A DNA stretch of 64,000 bases, taken from Desulfosoma sp. (GTDB lineage: Bacteria; Desulfobacterota; Syntrophobacteria; Syntrophobacterales; DSM-9756). The translations under genes and the position numbers were made by a program. The number at the start of each line of letters is the position of its first letter. Positions within the stretch are counted from its first letter, which is position 1. The stretch lies in contig JBBFKW010000010.1 of the NCBI GenBank assembly GCA_037481835.1, forward strand, positions 64,001 through 128,000. The letters are read 5' to 3'. The notes under the pieces are model-generated. The model was not told the origin of the DNA. It saw only the letters and a list, made by a program, of their open reading frames with translations, and ran no database searches. This document shows, one piece after another, positions 8,452-17,981 of the stretch.

Positions 8452-9441
8452 ATGCAAACGGAAGCGCCGGAAAGAAATTTGGGACTGGATCTGGTTCGCG
8501 TGACGGAGGCCGCGGCGCTGGCCGCCGCGCGGTGGCTCGGCCGTGGGGACGGAAAAGCCGGAGACAAGGCGGCTGTGGATGCCATGCGGTTGAGCTTCAA
8601 TGCGGTGGATATCGACGGCCTCGTCGTCATCGGCGAAGGGGAAAAGGACAAGGCCCCCATGCTCTACAACGGGGAAAAACTCGGCACGGGACGCGGTCCC
8701 AAAGTGGACGTGGCCGTCGACCCCGTGGAAGGGACGCGCCTCTTGGCTTACGGCAGGCCCAACGCCATCTCCGTGGTGGCCATGGCCCCCCGAGGATCCA
8801 TGTACAACCCGGGCCCCGCCTTCTACATGAACAAGCTGGCGGTTCCGCCCCAGGCACGCGATGCCATCGATCTGGACGCCTCTCCCGAAGATAACCTCAA
8901 GAAGATCGCCAAAGCCCTGGGAAAGGACGTGGACGACCTCACCGTGTTCGTCCTGGACAAACCGCGCCACAAGGACCTCATCGCCCACATCCGAAAAGCC
9001 GGCGCCCGAATCCAGCTCCACACCGACGGCGACGTGGCGGGCGCGCTCATGGCCGTGTTGCCTGACACGAGCGTGGATGTCATGATGGGCACCGGCGGAA
9101 CGCCCGAAGGGGTTCTCGCGGCGGCGGCCATCAAGGTCGTGGGCGGCGAAATGCTGGGGCGCCTCGATCCTCAATCGGCCGCCGAACGGGAGGCGCTGCT
9201 CAAGGCCGGCTACGACCTGCACAGGGTGCTCTCTACCAACGACTTGGTGCGAAGCGACGACGTCTTCTTTGCGGCCACGGGCATCAGCGGGGGCGATTTC
9301 CTCCCGGGCGTGCGCTTCACAGGTCGGGGTGCCGTGACCCACTCCCTGGTCATGCGAGGAAAAACGGGCACGGTGCGCCGCATCGAGGCGTTCCATTCCT
9401 TCGCCCAGCTCATGCAAATCAGCGCCATCAGCTATGATTGA
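8452..9441 (+). CDS. glpX: Class II fructose-1,6-bisphosphatase
   Basis: 'LVRVTEAAAL', 'VIGEGEKDKAPML', 'DVAVDPVEGT', 'GTGGTPEGV', 'FAATGI'. AGGAG precedes ATG 8452. Confidence 0.95.
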   Translation: MQTEAPERNLGLDLVRVTEAAALAAARWLGRGDGKAGDKAAVDAMRLSFNAVDIDGLVVIGEGEKDKAPMLYNGEKLGTGRGPKVDVAVDPVEGTRLLAYGRPNAISVVAMAPRGSMYNPGPAFYMNKLAVPPQARDAIDLDASPEDNLKKIAKALGKDVDDLTVFVLDKPRHKDLIAHIRKAGARIQLHTDGDVAGALMAVLPDTSVDVMMGTGGTPEGVLAAAAIKVVGGEMLGRLDPQSAAEREALLKAGYDLHRVLSTNDLVRSDDVFFAATGISGGDFLPGVRFTGRGAVTHSLVMRGKTGTVRRIEAFHSFAQLMQISAISYD

Positions 9442-9510
9442 AATCCGCCGGATCCAAGGCCTTCGGCCGGAACAGAAGACGGGCGCCATGGATGCCGAAG
9501 GCCGGCCGGC

Positions 9511-11004
9511 TCAACGGAAAGGCCCGGCCGCGGACGACTCCGTTTCTTCCGCCGTCGCGGAGCGTTCCCGGCTTTTGGGCAAAGAAATGGTGAAGACCAC
9601 GTGGGGATCTTCCCGGGAGAATGTAAGCACCCCGCCCATGGTGCGAATCAGGCGGTAACACAAGGGCAGCCCGATGGTTTGACCGCCTTCGTCGAAAGGC
9701 AGAAACAGGGCTTCGGGCTGTGTCGGGATGGGTTTCCGACACGGGTTCTGAAACCGAATGAGGACGTGCTGGGCGCTGGCATAAGCCCGCACCACCAGCT
9801 CGTCCCCTTTGTGCATGGCCTGAATGGCGTTTCGGACCAAGTTGATGAACACCTGCAAGAGCCCATTGGCATCCACGGGCAACGGCCCAAGCCCGGGTTC
9901 CACTTCCAACCGACACCGCATGCCGCGCCGTTCCAGCTCCAAGCCCATGAGCTCCTTGCATCGGCCCAGAATCTCTTCCAGGCAATGCTCCCCCAGGGTG
10001 ATTTCCACAGGGGAAAGATAGTTTCGAATCCGATCCAAGATCCTTTCCAGCCTCCGGCACTCGTCCAGGATGATGGCCGCTTCGGAAGATTCCGGGTGTT
10101 GCATGTGCAGCCGCCGAGCAAACCCGCCGATGGCGACCAAAGGGTTTCGGATTTCATGAGCCACCTCGGCGGCCACGGCGCCCAAGGTTTTTAATTTTTC
10201 TTTCTGGACCAAAGCCTTTTCCAAAAGCACCCTGTCGGTGATGTCCACCGCGATGCCTTCCAAGTGGCGGGGTCTCCCGCCCCGAAACGGACTTGCCGGG
10301 ACGAAAGTTTTCACAAGACAATGAAGGACATGCCCTTCCCGATGCCTGAAACGGCACTCCAAGAAGCCGGCCTCGCAAAGCCCTTCGAAAACGTCCCGAA
10401 CGTGATCCCTCAGCCGAGCCCGATCCTCTTCCACGACTCGTTCGAGCAGCCACCCCTCCCGATCGACGACCTCGTCGGGCTCGTAGCCGAGAACGCTCCG
10501 AAAGGCTTGATTGACAAAGCCGAGGCCGAAATCTTTTCGCAACGAAAAAATCATCATCGGGGCATGCTGCACCAGGTCCGCATAGCGCTGCTCCGCCCTC
10601 CGGATGCGCTCCCGAAAGGCCTGGCGTTCCCGATGCCGGCGAATGCACATGAAGACGTCTTCGATGCTGAAGGGCTTTCGGATGAAATCGGCCACCCCCA
10701 CCTTAATGGCCTGAACGGCGTTGTCCAGGGTCCCGTAACCGGTCATGATGACCACGTCCCGATGGGGATCCTTGGCCTTGAGCCGGGCGGTCAGTTCCAG
10801 TCCCGTCATGCCCGGAAGTTCGATGTCGAGAAACGCCAGGGAAAAGGGTTCCGACTCGCAGAAGGCTAAAGCATCTCGGGGATGGGACGCCAGCAAAGGG
10901 CTGTAGCCTTCTTGCCGCAGCACTTCTCCCATGAGCTCCAAGACACCGGGGTCGTCGTCCACAACCAGGATTTGTTCCCCAGAGGAAAGGCCCTCGTCGT
11001 GCAT
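9511..11004 (-). CDS. Hybrid sensor histidine kinase (REC-PAS-HisKA-HATPase)
   Basis: N-terminal receiver ('ILVVDDD', 'LDIELPG'), PAS, H-box 'AHEIRNPL', N-box 'QVFINLVRNA'. GGAGG RBS. Confidence 0.9.
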   Translation of the reverse strand: MHDEGLSSGEQILVVDDDPGVLELMGEVLRQEGYSPLLASHPRDALAFCESEPFSLAFLDIELPGMTGLELTARLKAKDPHRDVVIMTGYGTLDNAVQAIKVGVADFIRKPFSIEDVFMCIRRHRERQAFRERIRRAEQRYADLVQHAPMMIFSLRKDFGLGFVNQAFRSVLGYEPDEVVDREGWLLERVVEEDRARLRDHVRDVFEGLCEAGFLECRFRHREGHVLHCLVKTFVPASPFRGGRPRHLEGIAVDITDRVLLEKALVQKEKLKTLGAVAAEVAHEIRNPLVAIGGFARRLHMQHPESSEAAIILDECRRLERILDRIRNYLSPVEITLGEHCLEEILGRCKELMGLELERRGMRCRLEVEPGLGPLPVDANGLLQVFINLVRNAIQAMHKGDELVVRAYASAQHVLIRFQNPCRKPIPTQPEALFLPFDEGGQTIGLPLCYRLIRTMGGVLTFSREDPHVVFTISLPKSRERSATAEETESSAAGPFR

Positions 11005-11142
11005 CGGTACCTCCTCATCCCCCGGACGAAAAATCGGGGGACTCTTTCGTCAAACAGGGCGGTGCCGCCAGATGGGTCTGTTAAATTCTTGACGAAAAGC
11101 GAAACAAAAAAAAGGGGGGCCGAGGATTTTTTGTGAATGCGC

Positions 11143-12012
11143 TCAAACTCGGTTGGTGAGGCTAACCCCAATGCAGATCAAGAGAGCGCCGACGATAAAG
11201 GACGGCTCCAGGCGTTCGCCCAAAAAGACCACGCCCATGAGCACGGCACTCAAGGGCACCAGGTTGATGAAAACCCCGGCCCTGGCGGGACCGATGGCTC
11301 GAATCCCTTCGTAATACCAGCGAAATCCCAAAAAAGACCCGAAAAAACCCAGGTAGAACAGGCTCGCCCACGCGGAAGCGCTGTAGGTGAAAAGGTGTTT
11401 CCAGACCCCTTCAATGCCTGCCGGAACGGCGAGAAGCAATGTCCCGACAAGGCAGGAATAGGCGACGGCCGCTTCCGGCGAGACGCTTTTCATGACCGTT
11501 TTGCCCACCAGGGAGTAAGCCACCCAGCTGGCCACACAGCCGAGGATCAGCCCATCGCCCACACCCAGACCGCCGTTCCACGCCGCGGCCGGATGTCCCT
11601 TGGAAATCACGATAACGGCACCGAAAACCGAAAGGAGAATGCCCCCGGCCCGCACCATCCCCAGGCTTTCCTTGTAAATGAGGGACGAAAAGAGGGCGAT
11701 CATGGCGGGGTTGCAGGCGATGATCAAAGAGGCACGACTTGCGGGAATGTGCTTGAGCCCTGAGAAGAAAAAGGCGTTATAGGAAAAAATTCCGGTCGCT
11801 CCCAAGACAAGGAACCACGCCCACTGGGAAAGGGAAAACGACGGCAGGGGGCTTCGGGTGAGCAGGAAGCCGAACAAAAACACGGACGCCCACACGAACC
11901 GAAGAAAGGCGGCCGAAAAGGGAGGCACTTCCAAGGCCAGCATCCTTCCCGCAATAAAGGTGCCTCCCCAGAAAAGGGCGGTCAGTGTCAGTTTGAGATA
12001 GGTCATGCCCAT
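11143..12012 (-). CDS. DMT/EamA family transporter
   Basis: About 10 hydrophobic segments; 'LFWGGTF', 'LRF', 'GVFINLVP', 'FLGERL'. Confidence 0.9.
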   Translation of the reverse strand: MGMTYLKLTLTALFWGGTFIAGRMLALEVPPFSAAFLRFVWASVFLFGFLLTRSPLPSFSLSQWAWFLVLGATGIFSYNAFFFSGLKHIPASRASLIIACNPAMIALFSSLIYKESLGMVRAGGILLSVFGAVIVISKGHPAAAWNGGLGVGDGLILGCVASWVAYSLVGKTVMKSVSPEAAVAYSCLVGTLLLAVPAGIEGVWKHLFTYSASAWASLFYLGFFGSFLGFRWYYEGIRAIGPARAGVFINLVPLSAVLMGVVFLGERLEPSFIVGALLICIGVSLTNRV

Positions 12013-12018
12013 GGAGGG

Positions 12019-15000
12019 TTAGGAGTCTTCCTCCAGGAGTCGGCGCACGAATTCCCTGTCCTCTTCGGTGACACTCTCCAAGTGGATACCCACCAGGTGG
12101 GATCCTCCGTGGCCGTTGGATCCATCGACCCGACACCACACGACCCGCCCTTTGAGGCGCCTGGCGTGTTCCTCTCCGGCCTTCACACTCAGGCAGACCG
12201 GCTCATCGGCTTCCATGGGCACACCGCAGCCGATGAGCAGCCCGTCTTCACTGAGGTTCTTCGCCCGTGCAGGAAACGACCCCCGGTTCGACTCCACGAT
12301 GACTTCCTGATCCACCCTCTTTCTTTCGCGTCGACGCCGTTCGCCGTGAGGCACCACCCGCTGAAGGGTTTCAGCGAGTTTTCGAATGGTGAAAGGTTTC
12401 GTCACCACGCCCGCGAAGCCGTAGTCGCTGTAGCGATCCACGATGTCGTCCTGGATGTAGCCGCTTGAGACGATGGCTTTCACGGCTGGATCCAGAGCGC
12501 GGATCCTTTCCAAAGTCTCTTTGGCGCCCATGCCTCCGCGGACGGTAAGATCCAGAATGGCGGCCGCATAAGGCCTTCCCTGCCTGAGAGCCCTTTCGTA
12601 CTTCTGCACGGCCTCCTGGCCGTCCGTCGCCACGTCCGTTTCATAACCCAGGTGAGTCAGCATCTCCTGGACGATGTTCCTGACGGACTCCTCGTCGTCC
12701 ATGACCAGAATGCGCCCACGGCCCGTGTGCAACGGCTTCGGGTCCTCCTGGACCTTCGGCGCCATGTGATCCGCCGCCGGAAGGTAGAGGTGGAAGACGG
12801 CCCCTTTGCCTTCCTCGGATTCCACGGTGACGCATCCGCCGTGGCGTTTCATGACCGAATAGACGATGGCCAGGCCCAACCCCGTGCCCTTCTCGCTGGT
12901 GCGCGTCTTCGTCGTGAAATAGGGATCGAAGATGCGGTCCAAGTACTCGGCCTTGATCCCCACCCCTTCGTCCCGGACCGCAATGTGCACATAGGAGCCC
13001 TCGGGCAGGGGGAGTCCCGAACCTTCGCGGATGTCACAGTTTTCCGCCGAAATCCACACCATCCCCCCCTTGGGCATGGCGTGCTTGGCGTTGATGAGCA
13101 GGTTGCTGATCACCTGATTCATCTGGGCCACATCCACATCCACCGGCTGGAGATCCTCGGGCAAATCAAACTGCACTTTGACATTGGACCCTGAAAGGAC
13201 GAACTCGGCCCCTTCCCGAAGAATCTGAGCGATGTCCGTGGTCTTCTTGATAGGGGTTCCGCCTTTGGACAAGCTCAGCAATTGCTGGGTGAGTTCCTTG
13301 GCGCGAAGCACCCCTTTTTCCGCCTCGGCGATCCTCGGCTCCAGTTTTTCCGGCTGATTCAAAAACATGCGGGCCAGGTTGAGGTTGCCCAGGATGCCCA
13401 TCATGATGTTGTTAAAGTCGTGGGCGATCCCGCCGGCCAAAATGCGGATGGACTCCAGCTTCCGGGCCCGAAGCACTTCCGTTTCCATCTTCTTCTGATA
13501 AGTGAGGTCGCGCAGCGCGAAGATGACGCCGACGGTTCCGCCATGGTGATCCACAATGGGTGCACCGCACAGGGCCACGGGCTTTAGGGTGCCGTTTCGG
13601 GCCGTCACCGCCAGCTCGTTCGGGTATTCCAAGGGCCCGCCCTTGTCCAGCACCAAGGAAACCGGATCCGGCAAGACTTCTTCCGACGGGGTCCGAACCA
13701 GCCGAAGGATATGACCGGCCGGCTGGCCCACGGCTTCAGCTTCGTCCCACCCGGTGAGCTTTGAAGCCCCTTCGTTGAAAAGAACCACGCGGCCCGCCGT
13801 GTCGGTGGCGATGACGGCTTCGGCGATACTCTTGAGCGTGACGGCCAGGCGTTCCTTTTCATCGCGATAGCGCGCCTGAGCTTCCCGGAGTTCCTTCATG
13901 GTGCGGCCGGCTTGGGCCAGGGCCGCGGAGAGCTTGTCGCTGAGATCCCGGGCTTTTTCGGCGAGCCGGATCTGACGCACACACGAGGACAAAACCCGGC
14001 CCAGCTTTTCGTAGACCGAAACGGGACGGACGGCGTCGGGCTCGTCGTGGTGGAGGGCTTCCTCATGGAGGAGGATCTCCCCGACAACCGCATCGTCCAC
14101 CAGAATGGGCACGGCGATGTAGGGGGGGTGATACTGCACGCGCCGATCCATGGAGGCCCCGCCCGCGGTGAAACTGTAGCGCTTTCGAAAGGCGCCCATG
14201 AGCTGGCGCAGTTCCGGCGGCATGCGGTTCAAGACGTCCCGGCCGTTGCCGCCGTCTTTCGATAAGGCGAAAGGACAGCACGGCTCACCCTCTTTCCACC
14301 AACATCCATGCATTGCCGGGCCCGCATCGTCCCACACATAGACGACGCCGTGGTCCACCCCAAGGATGTCGGCAACGCGCCGTGCCGCCTCTTCAAGCAT
14401 TGTGGGCAGGTCCGCGTTCGGCGCCAAGAACCCTTCCAGAGCATCCAAGGCCTCGCGGTCGCGTTCGCTCCCGCGCCATCGTTCCATGTGCAGGCCTTGG
14501 GACGCCATTCGGGACAAATGCTGATTGGCGCGCTGCAGCGCGCTGAAATAAAAAGACAGTTCGTCCTGTTCAAAGTCCAGAAGAGCCGTTCGGGCGCTGT
14601 AGCGCTTGGCGATCCGGCTCTTGACGTGATCGCAGTCCGAAAGGGTCAAGTGGAAATGGTCCAAGAGCGCGGGATCGGGACTCTGGAACAGTTCCACCGC
14701 CACGGCATCGGCCATGAGCTCGTGGGCCACATGGTCGGAGAGATTGACCAGCAGGCTGAGGTCTCTGATTTCCGGGTCCGGAATGTCCATGAGTTTCAGG
14801 ACATCCGGGCTGTGGTGATGCCACCACAGAGGAAAGGTCAGAATCGGGGGCAGCTCCCACTTTTCCGCAAGCCAGCGCGCCACCGTGGCATGGTCCACGC
14901 CCAAGAGATCCTGCTCCGCAGCCGCCATGGTCATGCCGCTCTCCCGGGCCGCCTTTTCCACCTCTTGATAGGTTTCGGCGGCGCATTCCATGAAAAGGAG

Positions 15001-15486
15001 TTTGCCCACATCGTGGAGCAACCCCAAGACAAAGGCCTCCGACGACCTCTTGGGCAGCACCTTTTCGGCAAACAGCTCGCAGCACACGGCACACGCCAGG
15101 GAATGCTCCCACAAGGCCTGCTGATCCTTGCGGGCACGGCGCCGCAGTTCTTTGATGAGCGATTCGGAAACGGTCACACTGAGGAGCATGCAGCGAAGCT
15201 GTTCCATGCCGAGCAAGGTGACGGCGCGCTGCAAGGTGGCCACTTTCTTTCGAAACCCGTAATAGCTGGAATTGACCAACCGCAGCAGTTTCATGGCCAA
15301 ACCCTGGTCCGTTTCCAAGAGCTTGACCACGCGCTCCATATCCGGGCGGGCTTGCGTCAGGGTGTTGAGGATGTTGGAGGCGACGGCGGGGGCCGATGGG
15401 AGCGCTTCCAGAGTGCGGATGACCTTGCGCACCTCCTCTTTCAAAGACCCGTTGGGATGTTCCAAGGGCGGTCCTTTGTCGCTCAT
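12019..15486 (-). CDS. Multidomain hybrid kinase HDOD-(GAF-like)-PAS-HisKA-HATPase-REC-PilZ
   Basis: HDOD ('LLRLVNSSYYG', 'WEHS', 'GLLHDVGK', 'DHA..LAEKWELP'), PAS, 'GIAHDFNN', 'DPYFTTK', 'GTGLGL', receiver 'ILVMDDE', PilZ 'ERRRRER...NLSEDG'. Confidence 0.9.
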   Translation of the reverse strand: MSDKGPPLEHPNGSLKEEVRKVIRTLEALPSAPAVASNILNTLTQARPDMERVVKLLETDQGLAMKLLRLVNSSYYGFRKKVATLQRAVTLLGMEQLRCMLLSVTVSESLIKELRRRARKDQQALWEHSLACAVCCELFAEKVLPKRSSEAFVLGLLHDVGKLLFMECAAETYQEVEKAARESGMTMAAAEQDLLGVDHATVARWLAEKWELPPILTFPLWWHHHSPDVLKLMDIPDPEIRDLSLLVNLSDHVAHELMADAVAVELFQSPDPALLDHFHLTLSDCDHVKSRIAKRYSARTALLDFEQDELSFYFSALQRANQHLSRMASQGLHMERWRGSERDREALDALEGFLAPNADLPTMLEEAARRVADILGVDHGVVYVWDDAGPAMHGCWWKEGEPCCPFALSKDGGNGRDVLNRMPPELRQLMGAFRKRYSFTAGGASMDRRVQYHPPYIAVPILVDDAVVGEILLHEEALHHDEPDAVRPVSVYEKLGRVLSSCVRQIRLAEKARDLSDKLSAALAQAGRTMKELREAQARYRDEKERLAVTLKSIAEAVIATDTAGRVVLFNEGASKLTGWDEAEAVGQPAGHILRLVRTPSEEVLPDPVSLVLDKGGPLEYPNELAVTARNGTLKPVALCGAPIVDHHGGTVGVIFALRDLTYQKKMETEVLRARKLESIRILAGGIAHDFNNIMMGILGNLNLARMFLNQPEKLEPRIAEAEKGVLRAKELTQQLLSLSKGGTPIKKTTDIAQILREGAEFVLSGSNVKVQFDLPEDLQPVDVDVAQMNQVISNLLINAKHAMPKGGMVWISAENCDIREGSGLPLPEGSYVHIAVRDEGVGIKAEYLDRIFDPYFTTKTRTSEKGTGLGLAIVYSVMKRHGGCVTVESEEGKGAVFHLYLPAADHMAPKVQEDPKPLHTGRGRILVMDDEESVRNIVQEMLTHLGYETDVATDGQEAVQKYERALRQGRPYAAAILDLTVRGGMGAKETLERIRALDPAVKAIVSSGYIQDDIVDRYSDYGFAGVVTKPFTIRKLAETLQRVVPHGERRRRERKRVDQEVIVESNRGSFPARAKNLSEDGLLIGCGVPMEADEPVCLSVKAGEEHARRLKGRVVWCRVDGSNGHGGSHLVGIHLESVTEEDREFVRRLLEEDS

Positions 15487-15768
15487 CGCGTGCCTATCCT
15501 GTCAAGGGATGGTCGGCTCTCACAAGGTCCTCTTTCGGCCTCGTCCCTTTATTCGGCATCCAAACCGTATAACACAAGAAAAAAATCACGGCTCTCGGGC
15601 GACTCAGCTCCTTTTGGGCAAAAAATATCCATGGCGAACCCATTCGGCCGAAGATCTCTCAGAAAGCCGTGACCATTTGAGGGCGATACGGGTATAATTT
15701 ATCCACTCAGGTTTTGTTTCGACAAAGACCATGGCCGTCGTTCGAGGTATTGCGGGGAGCGTGCCTTT

Positions 15769-15784
15769 TGGCGCACTTCTTGAT
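15769..15784 (+). promoter_or_regulatory. Candidate sigma54 (-24/-12) promoter
   Basis: TGGCGC-ACTTC-TTGAT versus consensus TGGCAC-N5-TTGCW. Spacing is correct but -12 is GA rather than GC. It lies upstream of an operon encoding a sigma54 activator. Confidence 0.35.
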
Positions 15785-15897
15785 AAGGTAAAAAAACTGC
15801 ACGTGGAATGATTCGGAGGAGCAGCCAGACCCGCGATCCAAATCGCCGTCGCGCCCGTTCCTCCAGGAAAACCCATCGAATGCCGCGAGGGAGGCTC

Positions 15898-17763
15898 ATG
15901 CCCGCAACCCAAACGAAAAAGCCCACGAAGTCCGCCATCTTGGGGGATCCGCCCTGGCTTTCCCCGTGGCTCATCATCGGTTCCGTGGGCCTTTTGGCCG
16001 TTATCCTGGCCGTGATCGCCTTCCGGCACCTGGATCGGGAAAAGCGTTTCATGGAGACGTCCCTTACTGCCCAAGCCCACATGCTCATGGAGTCTTTGGA
16101 AGCCGGCAGTCGCACAGGCATGATGGGCCGCATGGGCTGGGGACGAAACAACCTGCAAATGCTCATGGAACAAACAGCCCAAGAACCTCACGTGCTTTAC
16201 ATCCGCTTGGTGGATCAAAAGGGCCTCGTCGTCCTTTCCAGCAACCCGGAGGAGATGGGCCGGCAGATGCCACCTCGAAGTCCCGTGGAGGCCGGAGGAC
16301 ATGCCTTTTCGGACTTTCAGGGGAAAAAGGCTTTTGAAGTCAGCCGGCCCTACGAACCATGGGCCCGGTGCTCCGTCCCGGCGCGAGGCCCCTGTTCGGA
16401 AGATCGCGGGGGCCGCGGTCCTGGAATGGGACGCGGGCCGAGCGTGGAAAGAGCCAACCCCTTTCCCGAAGCCGGTCCCTTGCGCCTTGTGGTCGGCCTG
16501 GACGCCACTCCCCTGCAGGGCGCCCTCAGGCAGGATCTGGCCCATAACGTCCTGCTCTTGACCATCCTCTTCCTGCTCGGCGCCACAGGCCTGATCGCCC
16601 TCTTTTGGGCTCACGGGTACCGCCTGGCCCGACAGTCCCTGCGCAGCATGCAGGTCATGACCGAAGCCATCTTCGCTCGAATGCCCGTAGGGCTCATCGC
16701 CACGGACGGACAAGGCACGATCCGCCGGACCAATCCGGCCGCCCGATCGCTCCTCGGCCCCCGCGTCGCCCCAGGGGAAAGGCTCACGGCACTCCCTGCC
16801 CTGGAAGCCCTCCGAGTCCGACTGGAAAAGGGTGAAGACCCCATTGAAGACAACATCGTGTGCGGAACGGAAAGGGAAAAACCCCTGCCCCTTCTTGTCC
16901 ATGCCACCGCCATCAAGGACCCCGGCAGGGAAATGGCCGGATTCGCATTTCTGCTCTCCGACATGACGGCCGTCCACACCTTGGAACAGAAGTTGCGCCG
17001 CCACGAACGTTTGGCCGCCCTGGGCAAACTCGCCTCCGGGGTCGCCCACGAAATTCGCAACCCCCTGAGTTCCATCAAGGGGTTCGCGGCCATCCTGGCC
17101 CGCAAGGCGGGCGAGGATCCCCTGGCGCAGGACGTGGCTCGCACCATGACCCACGAAGTGGATCGACTGAATCGCGTCATTTCGGAACTCTTGGAATTCG
17201 CCCGGCCGGCGGAGCTGGATCCGAAACCGGTCCGCCTCCGGGACATCATCGAGCACAGCCTCAAACTGGTGGAAAAGGACGCCCATCATGCGGGGGTGCA
17301 CCTTGAAGTGGACATCGTGCCCCCCGACTTGGAAGCCGTTTTGGATGCCGATCGGTTCGCCCAGGTGCTTCTGAATCTTTACCTGAACGCCATTCAGGCC
17401 ATGGATCGCGGCGGCTCGCTCACTGTGCGCGCATCCATGGACCGGGGCATGTTGCGCGTCGCCGTGGAAGATACCGGGCCGGGGATCCCACCGGAAGCCC
17501 TGGGGCACATTTTCGACCCTTACTTCACGACGAAACCCAACGGCGTCGGGCTGGGCCTGTCCATCGTGCACAAGATCGTGGAGGCCCACGGTGGAGAGAT
17601 TTCCGTGGACAACAGGGCCGCGGACCACGGAAGCCGGTTCGTCATCCGTATCCCCCAAAAGGAGGCGGTGCCTACCGATCATCGGGAGGTGTACCCAGCG
17701 CAAGAAAAACCCTCACGGGAAGACGGGCTTGCAAGCCGCATATCGGCCGAGGAGGGATTTTAA
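15898..17763 (+). CDS. Membrane sensor histidine kinase, ZraS/HydH-like (2 TM, PAS, HisKA, HATPase)
   Basis: Two TM helices flank a periplasmic domain with Met/Gly-rich patches; 'GVAHEIRNPLSSIKG', 'FDPYFTTK', 'GLGL'. GGAGG precedes ATG 15898. Confidence 0.9.
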   Translation: MPATQTKKPTKSAILGDPPWLSPWLIIGSVGLLAVILAVIAFRHLDREKRFMETSLTAQAHMLMESLEAGSRTGMMGRMGWGRNNLQMLMEQTAQEPHVLYIRLVDQKGLVVLSSNPEEMGRQMPPRSPVEAGGHAFSDFQGKKAFEVSRPYEPWARCSVPARGPCSEDRGGRGPGMGRGPSVERANPFPEAGPLRLVVGLDATPLQGALRQDLAHNVLLLTILFLLGATGLIALFWAHGYRLARQSLRSMQVMTEAIFARMPVGLIATDGQGTIRRTNPAARSLLGPRVAPGERLTALPALEALRVRLEKGEDPIEDNIVCGTEREKPLPLLVHATAIKDPGREMAGFAFLLSDMTAVHTLEQKLRRHERLAALGKLASGVAHEIRNPLSSIKGFAAILARKAGEDPLAQDVARTMTHEVDRLNRVISELLEFARPAELDPKPVRLRDIIEHSLKLVEKDAHHAGVHLEVDIVPPDLEAVLDADRFAQVLLNLYLNAIQAMDRGGSLTVRASMDRGMLRVAVEDTGPGIPPEALGHIFDPYFTTKPNGVGLGLSIVHKIVEAHGGEISVDNRAADHGSRFVIRIPQKEAVPTDHREVYPAQEKPSREDGLASRISAEEGF

Positions 17764-17981
17764 GAAAAACTCATGCCTGGCGGGGGAGCGCCGGCCTCCA
17801 GGCGGATATTCATTGAAAGCGGGTCCCTGATGTTGGAATGGCCGCTTTAACCATAAAGGTCGCTCCTGCGCCGACTCCGCGGGGAGGACAAACCGGGGGC
17901 CGTCTGACACGGCCTTGGTTATCTTGTGTTGAGCGAAGAAAACCCCGACACGACCCCAGCGCAATGCACGTTGGAGGAAGA

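Noticed and set aside
15604..17703. 699-aa minus-strand ORF and similar long antisense ORFs (e.g. 14308-15672, 32591-34051, 58059-59474, 59914-61494, 62517-63887)
   Set aside because: Shadow frames of well-supported genes in high-GC DNA; no recognisable motifs.
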